A DNA stretch of 64,000 nucleotides from an uncultured archaeon (GTDB lineage: Archaea > Nanobdellota > Nanobdellia > Pacearchaeales > GW2011-AR1): positions 1,565 through 65,564 of the forward strand of contig CABMGE010000007.1 in NCBI GenBank assembly GCA_902385625.1, read 5' to 3'. The position numbers were made by a program, and so were the translations under genes. Within the stretch, counting starts at the first letter, position 1, and every line of letters starts with the position of its first letter. A model generated the notes under the pieces. That model saw only the letters and a list, made by a program, of their open reading frames with translations. It ran no database searches and had not been told where the DNA came from. Below are positions 48,542-58,587 of this stretch, in pieces.

Positions 48542-49365
48542 AATCCCAAATAATTTTACCGAGTGTAACTCTTTGCGCAATTGTAAGAGATGAAAAAATA
48601 AATCCTGCAGGAGGAATTGAAGATTTCTTACATTGCACCATGCCTTTTGTTGGTGCAGGAGTTATAGTTGACACTGGAAGTATTGATGGAACAAGGGAAA
48701 TACTTGAAGATTCAAAAAGAAAATATTCAAATTTAAGTATATATGATCGTAAATTTAGGGGTTTTGCACAAGCAAGAAATTATTCACTCTCAAAAGTACA
48801 AACACCTTGGGTTCTTGTTCTTGATGCTGATGAAAGACTAAGTCAAGAAGATTTTGAAAAAATAAAAAATGAAATAGCGAGTCCAGAAAAATATATGACA
48901 GAATATCGTAAAGATATTTTTGGATTTGAATTAGGATTATTTAATATCTATACTAATGATACTGAAAGATCTTGTGATATACTTAATCCAAGAATTTTTA
49001 GAAGTGACTGTAATTTTTGTTTTTCTAATAATCACGGCAGACGTTCTGAATATCTGTATGAAAATCAAGGTCTAAAAAGTTTATTTCCTACTTTACTAGG
49101 TCTTAATAGAAATGAAGTTTGCTTTAGATATTCAGGATACACAGAGATTTCAGTAAAACAATTTAGAACAGATGAAAATGGACAAACTGTAAAAGAAGTA
49201 CATTGGAATAAAATTCTTAAGAAACATATTGGAAGAATTCCTTCTCCTTCTAAAACAAAGGGTTTTTTTTATTGGAAAAAACTTAATCCTCAAAGACTAA
49301 ACTATCATTTTGGACCTGAAAGTTATGAATTTAAAGTTTCTCAAGAACAAGGAGTGTCTGCATAA
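48538..49365 (+). CDS. glycosyltransferase family 2
   Basis: LCAIVRDE, VDTGSIDGT, FAQARN, WVLVLDADE. Confidence 0.9.
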   Translation: MKSQIILPSVTLCAIVRDEKINPAGGIEDFLHCTMPFVGAGVIVDTGSIDGTREILEDSKRKYSNLSIYDRKFRGFAQARNYSLSKVQTPWVLVLDADERLSQEDFEKIKNEIASPEKYMTEYRKDIFGFELGLFNIYTNDTERSCDILNPRIFRSDCNFCFSNNHGRRSEYLYENQGLKSLFPTLLGLNRNEVCFRYSGYTEISVKQFRTDENGQTVKEVHWNKILKKHIGRIPSPSKTKGFFYWKKLNPQRLNYHFGPESYEFKVSQEQGVSA

Positions 49366-49517
49366 TGAAATCAAAAATTTCAATTACAGTTGACAAAGAA
49401 ATTCTGGATTTAATTGAAAATCTTACTGAATCTGGAAGATTTAGGAACAGAAGCCATGTTATTGAATATAGTATTAAGAAGTTTGTGAATGAAAACAACA
49501 AGGAGGAAGTAAAATGA
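49365..49517 (+). CDS. ribbon-helix-helix (CopG-like) regulator (not in ORF track)
   Basis: Manual translation MKSKISITVDKEILDLIENLTESGRFRNRSHVIEYSIKKFVNENNKEEVK; overlaps both neighbours (TAATG, ATGA). Confidence 0.85.
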   Translation: MKSKISITVDKEILDLIENLTESGRFRNRSHVIEYSIKKFVNENNKEEVK

Positions 49518-51340
49518 TAGCGAGAGCAATATCACCTGAACTTGAAATAACACTTAATGCTGACGAATTATCTCAATTAAAAAGCAGAGGATATGAAGCA
49601 TTGCAAAAACTTGGAGAAGGTGCAACAAGAGATGCATATCTTGTCAGGTATACTCAAGGAAATGTTTCAAAACTAAGAGTCGTTAAGATACCAAAACTCG
49701 AAGTTGGAACTTTTATGTCCAAAGTTAATCGAAAGAAAAGAGATATTGATGCACAGGAAACAGATATTTCCAATAAATTACAGCACCCAAATGTTGCTGA
49801 AATTGTGGATAGTTTCAAACTCAATGGAAGAACAATTAATGTAGAGGCATTTTATGAAAAAGGAAGCGATCTTGAAACAATGGTCATACAGTCAGGACCT
49901 GTAAAGGATGAAGCTAGATTTGATAAAATTGCAGACCAGATTTTAGAGGGTGCATGTTATATTGAAGAAAAAGGATTTTTGCACAGAGATTATAAACCAT
50001 CAAATATAATTATCACTTCTTCAGGAGAAATAAAAATATCAGATCTGCAGCTCGCATGTCCTAGAAAAGAAGTACTTGAAAGCTCTGTTCCGACCAGAGG
50101 AGGAATGCCTTTTACAGATTCAGCTTTATTTTTTGGAATGTTTACTGGAAAACCCTACAAAGCAAATCCTGCAACAGAAGTTTATTCACTTGGTGCAAGT
50201 CTTTTATATGTACTCTCTGGAGAAAAATTTGATTATAAAATTGTTGAAGATCCAGAAGGTCGCGAGGTTATTGTTAATGATGAAAAATACAAAGTAAAAC
50301 TAATTGACTCTAATGGAGAAATGGATATGAATAAGTTTAATCTAATGCTTCATGAAAATAAACTAAAGAAAATGCTAGAAAAGGTTCCTAAACGATACAG
50401 GGCCATGATATTTGATTGTTTGTCAGTTGCTCCCCATAGAAAAATACATAATATTCTAGACTTAAGAGAAAGATTTAGGGAAACAAGGTCTCCAGTATTT
50501 CTTGAAGAATTCAAAAAAGGACTTCGGGCAATACCGATTACACTTGCAGCTGTTGGAACAATTACAGGAGCAATATTAATTGGTTATTATTTTCCAAGAG
50601 AAGAGACTCCTACTTTTGCAGAACTAATTGAAAAAGATAAGTATAGCCAGTTTAGTTTGGAAAAAATTGCAACTGGAACTGATAGAGATAACATGAGAAA
50701 AAGAGTTCTTTTATCCCCATATTTAGATGATGCAAAAAAAAGACTTCCTGAAATTGAAGAAAGAATTCCAAAGAAATTCTTATGGGGTTTTAAAGATGCC
50801 GAACTTATGGGAAAAAGACTAATGCTCTCATGGATTAGATCATGTTATTTAAACCAGGATGAAGCAAATAAATTTTATGAAAGTGAAGAGAAAAAATTAG
50901 AAAAAAGAGTTACATCAGTATTTGTTCCTGAAAAATTCATTACTACAAGGCAGATTAAGCATAGATTTCCAGGAAGCAGCTATCATGCAGACGATGATGG
51001 TATTTTTAGCGGAGTAATATATTTAAAACAGTTGATGAAACAAAATTCCAATGTTGCTGATTTATTTGCACATTATTTTTGTTCTGAAATTGATATAAAT
51101 AGCGCAATTTTGAATACAAGCAGTTCACAATATCTTCCTTATTCTGCTGAAGGAGTCCAACCAGGATATAATCAAGGATTAAATGAAACACAAAGAAAAC
51201 TTGTCAATACTGCACTTGCGCTTTATTTAATAACTGATGAAAAAGGCGAAATTCACTGGGATAAAGAATTTCTTTATGACTACGGTGAAAGAGCAAGAGT
51301 TTATGAGATGACACAGGGAGGCAGGTTTCCTGAATGGTAA
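49514..51340 (+). CDS. transmembrane Ser/Thr protein kinase 1
   Basis: LGEGA, VVK, HPNV, HRDYKPSN, EVYSLG; TM helix; C-terminal domain. Confidence 0.9.
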   Translation: MIARAISPELEITLNADELSQLKSRGYEALQKLGEGATRDAYLVRYTQGNVSKLRVVKIPKLEVGTFMSKVNRKKRDIDAQETDISNKLQHPNVAEIVDSFKLNGRTINVEAFYEKGSDLETMVIQSGPVKDEARFDKIADQILEGACYIEEKGFLHRDYKPSNIIITSSGEIKISDLQLACPRKEVLESSVPTRGGMPFTDSALFFGMFTGKPYKANPATEVYSLGASLLYVLSGEKFDYKIVEDPEGREVIVNDEKYKVKLIDSNGEMDMNKFNLMLHENKLKKMLEKVPKRYRAMIFDCLSVAPHRKIHNILDLRERFRETRSPVFLEEFKKGLRAIPITLAAVGTITGAILIGYYFPREETPTFAELIEKDKYSQFSLEKIATGTDRDNMRKRVLLSPYLDDAKKRLPEIEERIPKKFLWGFKDAELMGKRLMLSWIRSCYLNQDEANKFYESEEKKLEKRVTSVFVPEKFITTRQIKHRFPGSSYHADDDGIFSGVIYLKQLMKQNSNVADLFAHYFCSEIDINSAILNTSSSQYLPYSAEGVQPGYNQGLNETQRKLVNTALALYLITDEKGEIHWDKEFLYDYGERARVYEMTQGGRFPEW

Positions 51341-53076
51341 AAATGGCAGAACAAACTTCAACATTTATAGAATTTTTAAAAGAAAAACTTGGAAAAGAAC
51401 CTACATGGTATGATTATATGAAATTACTAAATGAAGAAATAGCAACTGTTCGAGACAGATTTGGGGAGCTTAAATATGGAGTTCCAAATATTGAACTTGA
51501 ACTAAAAATTGCTCTTGCAGGATTTTCTCCAACTGGAAGAGATATTGGAAATGGCAGATATGGTATTGTAAGTGAATATCTGGATAAATCAGGAAATTTA
51601 TGGGGAATAAAAAGGCTTATTTCAGATGAAGATGCAAAAAAAAGAAGAGAACAGAGAGGAATAACTGAACAGACAATGCTTGAAAAAGAAGCAATTTCAC
51701 TTGAAGCTTGCCAGCATAACATAGTTCCAAGAATTGTTGGTGATGGATTTATTGCAATGCCTTTATTTCCTAATGATTTAGAACAAATTCTTGAAGATGG
51801 AAAACCACTTGAAACAAAAAAGGCAATCCAGATATCAAAAAATATTCTTCATGGACTTGGTTATGCACATAAAGAATTAAGAAGAGTTCATTCAGACCTA
51901 AAGCCAGATAATATTCTACTTGATAAAAATGGAATTGCTTATATTACTGATTTTGGAATCTCAAGCGAAGCATCAATTTCAAGACAAAGTAAAGATCCAA
52001 GGGATAATTTTGGTTTTTTATATACAAGTTCTCCTGAAAGATTTCAAGAAGGAAACCATATGAATGAGAAATCAGATGTCTGGGCAGCTGGTGCTTTAAT
52101 TGGAAGACTTGTAACTGGAAAATATCCTCTTGAAAAATTAATTAATGGTTCTTCAAATCCAAAACAAAGAATAAATGAATCTACTCAAACAGAGACAAGT
52201 AGTATGCTTGAATCCTATTTTTCGCAGGTTCCAAGATGGTTAAATAGTGTTTTAAGAAAAGCTCTTTCATATGATCCAAATACAAGATTTGCAGATGCAA
52301 GTGAAATGGAACAGGCTTTTTTAAATGCAGAGGAAAATTTTATAAGTTCAAGTTCAAGACTCACAAAATGGGTTATTGGAACAATAGTTTCACTATCATT
52401 ATTAGGATCTATTACAGGCCTTTCAATTTATGAATCTAAATCAAAAAGACTTGAAGATCAGGTTCAAACACAAGAGCAAAAAATTGAATTAGGTGAAAAA
52501 ATAAAGATAATCAATTTATATTTGCAGAAGAAGGAAAATAATGTATCAATAAATCATCAAGTTACAACAAGAACAGAACATGCAGAAGAAGGAAAACTAC
52601 TTGGATATTTGGAAAGATTTGAAGATGAAAGAACAGCTTTTGCTGCATATATTAATCCAAGAGCAGTCTTTGCTGCAATAAAACTTGCAAATAGCGAAAG
52701 ATATGCAAAAATTGGAGAAACTCTTTGCAAAATTGATCCAAAATCATTTTATGAACTAGAAAGCAATGTTTCATATTGGAGATTTCCAGAGTCTCCTGTT
52801 TCATATGTTTGCATTGAAGAAAAAAGAAAACAAAATAAAGATGATGTTAAACTTGAATTCAAGTCTCTTGAAAGAGATTATTTGATAATGCAAAAACTTG
52901 AAGAGTGGTATAAACAAAGAAACAAGACTTATGAAGAAAAAAATGGAATTGGAATGTCCTGGCAATCATTTTATTCTTCGCTTGATGATTCTGACAGAAG
53001 AACATATGATGATCTTTTAAATTTGAGAGAAAGATTCTATCAAACTAAAATAAATGGAGGAAAAAATGGAAAGTAA
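51334..53076 (+). CDS. transmembrane Ser/Thr protein kinase 2
   Basis: IGNGRYGIV, HSDLKPDN, DFG, YTSSPE, SDVWAAG; TM helix. Confidence 0.92.
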   Translation: MVKMAEQTSTFIEFLKEKLGKEPTWYDYMKLLNEEIATVRDRFGELKYGVPNIELELKIALAGFSPTGRDIGNGRYGIVSEYLDKSGNLWGIKRLISDEDAKKRREQRGITEQTMLEKEAISLEACQHNIVPRIVGDGFIAMPLFPNDLEQILEDGKPLETKKAIQISKNILHGLGYAHKELRRVHSDLKPDNILLDKNGIAYITDFGISSEASISRQSKDPRDNFGFLYTSSPERFQEGNHMNEKSDVWAAGALIGRLVTGKYPLEKLINGSSNPKQRINESTQTETSSMLESYFSQVPRWLNSVLRKALSYDPNTRFADASEMEQAFLNAEENFISSSSRLTKWVIGTIVSLSLLGSITGLSIYESKSKRLEDQVQTQEQKIELGEKIKIINLYLQKKENNVSINHQVTTRTEHAEEGKLLGYLERFEDERTAFAAYINPRAVFAAIKLANSERYAKIGETLCKIDPKSFYELESNVSYWRFPESPVSYVCIEEKRKQNKDDVKLEFKSLERDYLIMQKLEEWYKQRNKTYEEKNGIGMSWQSFYSSLDDSDRRTYDDLLNLRERFYQTKINGGKNGK

Positions 53077-55603
53077 AGACCCTGAAATGACTGATGAAGA
53101 GTGGAAGGAGTATCAAGATGCAATGAGAAATGAATACAAAAGGGATTTTGATCAATGGTTCCATTCTGGAGAACTAGATTCTTTAACAAACCAGGAAATA
53201 CTCTATAAACTTGCAACACAAGGAGGAACTATTGGAGATCCTATTGAAATAATAAATCACGAGGGAGTTTTTGAAAAAGATGTAGCAGAATGGAGAAAAC
53301 AGAATATAGAACAAAGCAAAAAAAGAGTTTTTGCAGCTTTTGAAGATTCGGTTCGAGAATTTAGAGATGAATCTCTTCCTGACCATACACTTCAAATTAT
53401 TGATGATCCGAAAAATCCTGAGCATAGAGTATTTGGAATCTTGCCTGAACAAGATCCTGAAAAAATATTCAGAAGAAGTGGATTTATTTCTATTGGAGGA
53501 GGAATAATGATTCCATTAGTTCCAAATACACCTGAACAATATCAGGAACTCGTATCAAAAGTTCTTGGAGACAAATACTTCAATATAGAACTTGCTTCCC
53601 AGGGAGCTCAGTCTTTAATTTTTAAAGGAAATTTTGCAGGTCCTGAAGGAAGACTCAGATCCATAAAAGTAGATAAAACAAAATTTGAAAGCTCAAATGC
53701 ACAAAAACTTGCAGACAAAGGTTATGGAACAAAAAGACATATTGAAACTCTTTCAACACTCCCTGATGCAGAAGATCATCATATTGTAGGACTTATAGAT
53801 TATTTTGACCTCACAAAAGATCATGGAGTTGCAATTTCAGTGCATCAGCACATAGAAGGCAAAACACTGGAAAAATTAATTTCTGAAGAAGGAAAGCTAT
53901 CGAGTACAAAAGTAAAGCAAATCTTTTCAGGAGTTTTAGACGCTGTTACTTATTATACAGGGGAAGGCTATGTTCATCGTGATTTAAATCCTGCAAATAT
54001 TCTTGTGAGGCCTAACTCTGAAGCATTTATCCTGGATTTTTGCAATTCTGGAAAAAGAGAGAAGCTTGAAGAAAAAGTACTTCCTACTGCTGGAGCCAGA
54101 AGAGTTATGGATCCTCTTTTAATTGAAAGAATTACAGGAGAGAAAAGAGCATATTCAGAATCTTCAGAAGTTTATTCACTTGGTCAGAATTTGTATTTTG
54201 CTTTAACTGGAAAATATTTTGCTTATGTTGATCCTGAAGAAGGAACAATAAAAAATGCAGAAACTGAAGAATCTTATTTAGATGAATCTGGAAAAATTAA
54301 TACTAAAAAATATCAAGAAAGTTTATACAAGGCAATAAACGATATCCACGGAGTTTCAAGAAGTTTTAAAAAATTAATTGGAAAATCCCTAAGTCTTGAA
54401 GATAAGACTAGATATAAAACAGTAGATGAATTTACAAAAGACTTTAAGAAAAAAGTCGGATTTGAAGATCCTGAATCTACAGAAAAAACAAAAAATCAAC
54501 TGTTTAATCGAAGAAGTTTAATAGGAATTCTTGCTGGAACAACAATTCTAGGATCTATTGGAGCTTTTGGGCTTGTTAAAGGTATTATGGATTCTAATGA
54601 TTTACAAGTACAGCAACTTGAAACTAAGATTGCAGAAGCTGAAAAATATGAAGTAGTTCCTGGCTGGGATGGTTTTACCCTTGGAGTTAATAATAATCTT
54701 TCAGAATTAAATCCAATTATTACTAAAGAAATCAAAGGAGATAAAAATAAATCACTTGAATATTTGTTCTATCCGGATCGCGGACTTGTTCCTTCATTTT
54801 TTACACTTAACAGAGGAGACACTATAACAATTTATCCAAAAGCCAAACAAGTTCCAAGATCTGGAAATAAAGAATATTTGGCTTTGCCTTCTTTTCCAGG
54901 ACAAGCTTATTTTGAAGGATGGGAACCGATTAAATTCTCTGTCGCAAATATTTCTAATGATCCAAGTCAGTATACTGACCATTATCCTGCTTTTAATATA
55001 TCTAGTCTAACTGTTCCAAAAGACATGCCTGATGGAGTCTATAATCTAATTATTGAATATTATGCATATGGAAATGAAGAAGAAAAGTATGGAAAAACTG
55101 CTTTGTCAACTGTCAAGTTTAGATATCCTGAAAAAGTTCTTTCAAGAAAAAGATTTCCGGTTGTAGTTGGAAATCCTGAATCTAAAATGCAGATAAGCAT
55201 GCTAAGAGTTAATTCATGTGAAGATCATGTTGGATTTGGAAAAGTTTATGATAATGTTTTCAAAAGTGTTGATACGGATGTTATAGACAGACTTGATATT
55301 TCTTTGATCGGAAAAGGTTTACTAAAATCAAATAAAAAATCAGAAGAATACTTTAATCCAAGTGGATCAGGACTTTGGCTTCCTTATCCAAACAAAGAGA
55401 GAAATGAACTCCTACAAATAGCTGCATACCATAATGGAAAAATTGCTACATTTGGTTATTTTCCAATTAAAACAGTCAATTATGGAAGAAGAAATGGAAA
55501 TCCTGATGGAGAATTATTGTATAACTGGAAATGGGATTTTTATGGTCCTGACCATGCTGAAAAACTAGTTGAATATAGGAAAGAATTATTTAAACAAAAA
55601 TAA
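53066..55603 (+). CDS. transmembrane Ser/Thr protein kinase 3
   Basis: HRDLNPAN, DFC, EVYSLG; TM helix; beta-rich C-terminal domain. Confidence 0.88.
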   Translation: MESKDPEMTDEEWKEYQDAMRNEYKRDFDQWFHSGELDSLTNQEILYKLATQGGTIGDPIEIINHEGVFEKDVAEWRKQNIEQSKKRVFAAFEDSVREFRDESLPDHTLQIIDDPKNPEHRVFGILPEQDPEKIFRRSGFISIGGGIMIPLVPNTPEQYQELVSKVLGDKYFNIELASQGAQSLIFKGNFAGPEGRLRSIKVDKTKFESSNAQKLADKGYGTKRHIETLSTLPDAEDHHIVGLIDYFDLTKDHGVAISVHQHIEGKTLEKLISEEGKLSSTKVKQIFSGVLDAVTYYTGEGYVHRDLNPANILVRPNSEAFILDFCNSGKREKLEEKVLPTAGARRVMDPLLIERITGEKRAYSESSEVYSLGQNLYFALTGKYFAYVDPEEGTIKNAETEESYLDESGKINTKKYQESLYKAINDIHGVSRSFKKLIGKSLSLEDKTRYKTVDEFTKDFKKKVGFEDPESTEKTKNQLFNRRSLIGILAGTTILGSIGAFGLVKGIMDSNDLQVQQLETKIAEAEKYEVVPGWDGFTLGVNNNLSELNPIITKEIKGDKNKSLEYLFYPDRGLVPSFFTLNRGDTITIYPKAKQVPRSGNKEYLALPSFPGQAYFEGWEPIKFSVANISNDPSQYTDHYPAFNISSLTVPKDMPDGVYNLIIEYYAYGNEEEKYGKTALSTVKFRYPEKVLSRKRFPVVVGNPESKMQISMLRVNSCEDHVGFGKVYDNVFKSVDTDVIDRLDISLIGKGLLKSNKKSEEYFNPSGSGLWLPYPNKERNELLQIAAYHNGKIATFGYFPIKTVNYGRRNGNPDGELLYNWKWDFYGPDHAEKLVEYRKELFKQK

Positions 55604-55688
55604 AAAGTTGCTTTTGTCTTAAGTGAATTAAGCTAAAAACAATTTTTAGACAAATTAATTTGGATAAAAATTACCTATTTCTTGCTAT

Positions 55689-56567
55689 TTAAACTGAAAT
55701 AGCCAGAAGATAATTATTCATTCTAATTATTGTCTCATTTATTTCATAGAGATAGAAACTAATTAGATCCTTGTTATCAATCAACTTCTTAATATGTTCA
55801 TATTTTTTAGCGAGTTTTAAGGAATCTTCTCGATTAAATTTGAATAAAAGGTCTTTAAACATATTTACAAAAGATCTTAATTCCTTTATTATTGGCAATA
55901 TTTCTTTAGGATATTTTTTTGTTTCTTTGAGTTCTCTTGCGATTTTCTTGTATATATCTCCTGTTTCTTCAAGGTGCGAGATTATTGAATATATCTGAGG
56001 AGTTTTATTATACTCAGTATATCCTTTTTTATTTAAAATTCTAAGAGAGAAGTTAACAAATTTATTTATACTTGTATCTGTTTCAATTACAGGATCCATA
56101 CTTTGTTTTTTATCAATTGCAATTTCAAGTTCTTCGGCCATAGAGTCAATTATTAAAAAAATCCTTCTTATTATGTCATCAATATTTTGATCTGATACTC
56201 CTGTAATATCTCTTACAGTAAAACTTTTTTGTGATTGCTTTATTATTTCAAATCCAATAAGTTCATTAATAACTCTTTTTTGAAAATCTTTTACTTCATC
56301 AGGTTCTGAAAAATTTATTTCAAGTTCATCATAACCTTTTATATAAAGAGAAATAAGAGTTCTGTTAACTAGTATTCCGAGGCCAGAAACATTAATTACA
56401 GCTTTTGATTTTTCTTTTGAAATCTTTTCATTACTTATGATTATTTGATTATCTTTTTCTTCAATATCTATTTCATCCCCTTTATCCAGATTATTTTTTC
56501 TTACCCATTTAGACGGCAGGCTAATCATCATTGTCGCTGCTCCTTGCTTTACAATTTTACGTTTCAT
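55689..56567 (-). CDS. AbrB-domain / PhoU-like phosphate uptake regulator
   Basis: KRKIVKQG...ISLPSKWV...LDKGDE; LYIKGYD; GFEII. Confidence 0.88.
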   Translation of the reverse strand: MKRKIVKQGAATMMISLPSKWVRKNNLDKGDEIDIEEKDNQIIISNEKISKEKSKAVINVSGLGILVNRTLISLYIKGYDELEINFSEPDEVKDFQKRVINELIGFEIIKQSQKSFTVRDITGVSDQNIDDIIRRIFLIIDSMAEELEIAIDKKQSMDPVIETDTSINKFVNFSLRILNKKGYTEYNKTPQIYSIISHLEETGDIYKKIARELKETKKYPKEILPIIKELRSFVNMFKDLLFKFNREDSLKLAKKYEHIKKLIDNKDLISFYLYEINETIIRMNNYLLAISV

Positions 56568-56682
56568 GTTAATTCTTATTACAGGAACTATTTAAACTTT
56601 TCTACTAAGTATATACATTTATACTAATATATATAGTATAATAAAAATGTTTAAATCTAATTTTTATGATATCTACTAACTA

Positions 56683-57081
56683 ATGACAACAAATAAAGAG
56701 AAACTCAAGGGAAAGATGATGAAAAAAATAAAAAAAATGATAGAGACAATAGTAATAAGCATGAAAGCCAGACGGATAAATCCGCTTGAGGCAGTAAGGC
56801 AAATAGAAGCAGCAATAGGCGGAATTACTGCTGTAAATTACAGAAAAGGTCTAACAATTCAAAATCATACAAGAAGAGAAAGTATAGACACTAGAGGACT
56901 TAGTAAAAAAGAATCAAAGATGGTTGATGAACTTGCAACACTTGCTTATTTACAAGCTCAAAGAAATGGAAGTAGAACCCCTGGCGAAGTTCATCTTGAC
57001 CATGGACTTAGTTCTAAGCATTATGCAAAACAATTCAAAGAATATGCAGGAGGGCTTGTAGAAAAATACGCAACTCCTTAA
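56683..57081 (+). CDS. hypothetical protein
   Basis: First ORF of a tightly packed operon. Confidence 0.6.
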   Translation: MTTNKEKLKGKMMKKIKKMIETIVISMKARRINPLEAVRQIEAAIGGITAVNYRKGLTIQNHTRRESIDTRGLSKKESKMVDELATLAYLQAQRNGSRTPGEVHLDHGLSSKHYAKQFKEYAGGLVEKYATP

Positions 57082-57082
57082 A

Positions 57083-57358
57083 ATGGGATTTAGATATATT
57101 AGTTATAATGAAATAGAGCCTGAAGAAGCCAAGTATAACTTGGTAGGGCTTGATAGTGGAACTTATTTTGTGCCACTTTTTGAAGGAGATGTTGCTTCTG
57201 GGAATAAGAGAGAAAGACCAACAATTGCATTTAGACAAATAAGAGAAATATACAGTGAAGAAAGAGGAACTGGTTACCTGACTGTTTCTGTAAAAAATCC
57301 TAAAACACTTGAACAAATTTCCTTGCAAATGGCAAAGGATGCAATGGAGGATGAATAA
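57083..57358 (+). CDS. hypothetical protein
   Basis: 91 aa, 1 nt after previous stop. Confidence 0.6.
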   Translation: MGFRYISYNEIEPEEAKYNLVGLDSGTYFVPLFEGDVASGNKRERPTIAFRQIREIYSEERGTGYLTVSVKNPKTLEQISLQMAKDAMEDE

Positions 57359-57359
57359 A

Positions 57360-57914
57360 ATGACAACAGGACTGCAAAAATATCAGGATTTAGTAACTGA
57401 AAACTGGACAAGATTTTCTGAAATACATACTCCTGAATCATGGTTTGTTTCACCTGATGTTTATTATACTGATAGTTTAAAAAAATTAAAAAAACAGTCA
57501 ATTAACGAAGTTTTAGGAGAAGAAATTATTACTCCAAAAGCAGTTGCACTTACTGGAATTCGAGACTTGGGATTATTTGTTCCAGGAATACTTGTTTCTG
57601 AAGGCGGAGGAGTTAAACTCGAACTTGAGAGCCAGGTTTTATCACTCATGACATATGCTCCTAAAAAAATAGAACTTCCTTCAGACCGAGGCATAAAAAG
57701 ACATTATCTTTTTTTACTCAGTGAAAAATCCTATGATAAGGAAAGATTATCTGCAACACAAGAGAAAAATCTTTCCAGATTTGTAGAAAAAGCAATTGAT
57801 TGTTCTATACTTTTCAAATCTAAAAGATTTCTTCAGGATTATGAATCTATTTCAGCAGCTATTCGAAAAAATGCAGATAAATATTCAAGAGAATTACAAG
57901 GAGCATTTAGGTAA
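57360..57914 (+). CDS. hypothetical protein
   Basis: ggagg SD before ATG 57360. Confidence 0.65.
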   Translation: MTTGLQKYQDLVTENWTRFSEIHTPESWFVSPDVYYTDSLKKLKKQSINEVLGEEIITPKAVALTGIRDLGLFVPGILVSEGGGVKLELESQVLSLMTYAPKKIELPSDRGIKRHYLFLLSEKSYDKERLSATQEKNLSRFVEKAIDCSILFKSKRFLQDYESISAAIRKNADKYSRELQGAFR

Positions 57915-57915
57915 A

Positions 57916-58587
57916 ATGACTGAAGAAAATTCCACAACACCGCAAGAAAAACAATATTTTGAATTGGAAAAAAACTGGAATGAAGAATTAAGAGACTGGT
58001 ATAAAAAAGGAGAAAGATCAATGGAACAAATATCAAGAGAAACAGGAATTCCAAGACCTACACTTCGCGATTATATTGCCGGTGCAATAACTGACCTTGA
58101 TCGAGTTTCAGGTGAAAGAAGAATGCAGCTTTACAATCTAACTGGCCTTGAATTTTTTAAAGTTGAAGAAGGTTATGAAAAGAAGCCAAACCTGGTTCCT
58201 GGAAGAAAGAAAAAGAGATCCAAGATAGTTATTGAAAATAAAAATACAAGAAAAAAAGAAAGTATTATAATCCAAAATAATCTGACAGGAATTCAAAAAC
58301 TTGAAGCAGGACTTTTAAAATGCCAAGAGTATAAACCAAGTTATGAAAAAAGAGCAGATGCTGTAATGGAGTTACTTGATGTCTTGGCAGAAGAAATTGA
58401 TTATTACAGAAGTGCTAGTTCGAATGAAAGAAGTGTTCTTGTTGATAGACTTAAAAAAGATCCTGAAAGCTTTTCATATGTTACGCAGATTTTGAATGTT
58501 ATTTACCAAGGAAAGCAAATGGATGCATGGATGATGATGATTGAAGCTCCAAGCAAGATAAAAAGAATAAGAAGGGAGAGACAATGA
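57916..58587 (+). CDS. HTH DNA-binding protein
   Basis: SMEQISRETGIPRPTLRDY helix-turn-helix. Confidence 0.75.
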   Translation: MTEENSTTPQEKQYFELEKNWNEELRDWYKKGERSMEQISRETGIPRPTLRDYIAGAITDLDRVSGERRMQLYNLTGLEFFKVEEGYEKKPNLVPGRKKKRSKIVIENKNTRKKESIIIQNNLTGIQKLEAGLLKCQEYKPSYEKRADAVMELLDVLAEEIDYYRSASSNERSVLVDRLKKDPESFSYVTQILNVIYQGKQMDAWMMMIEAPSKIKRIRRERQ

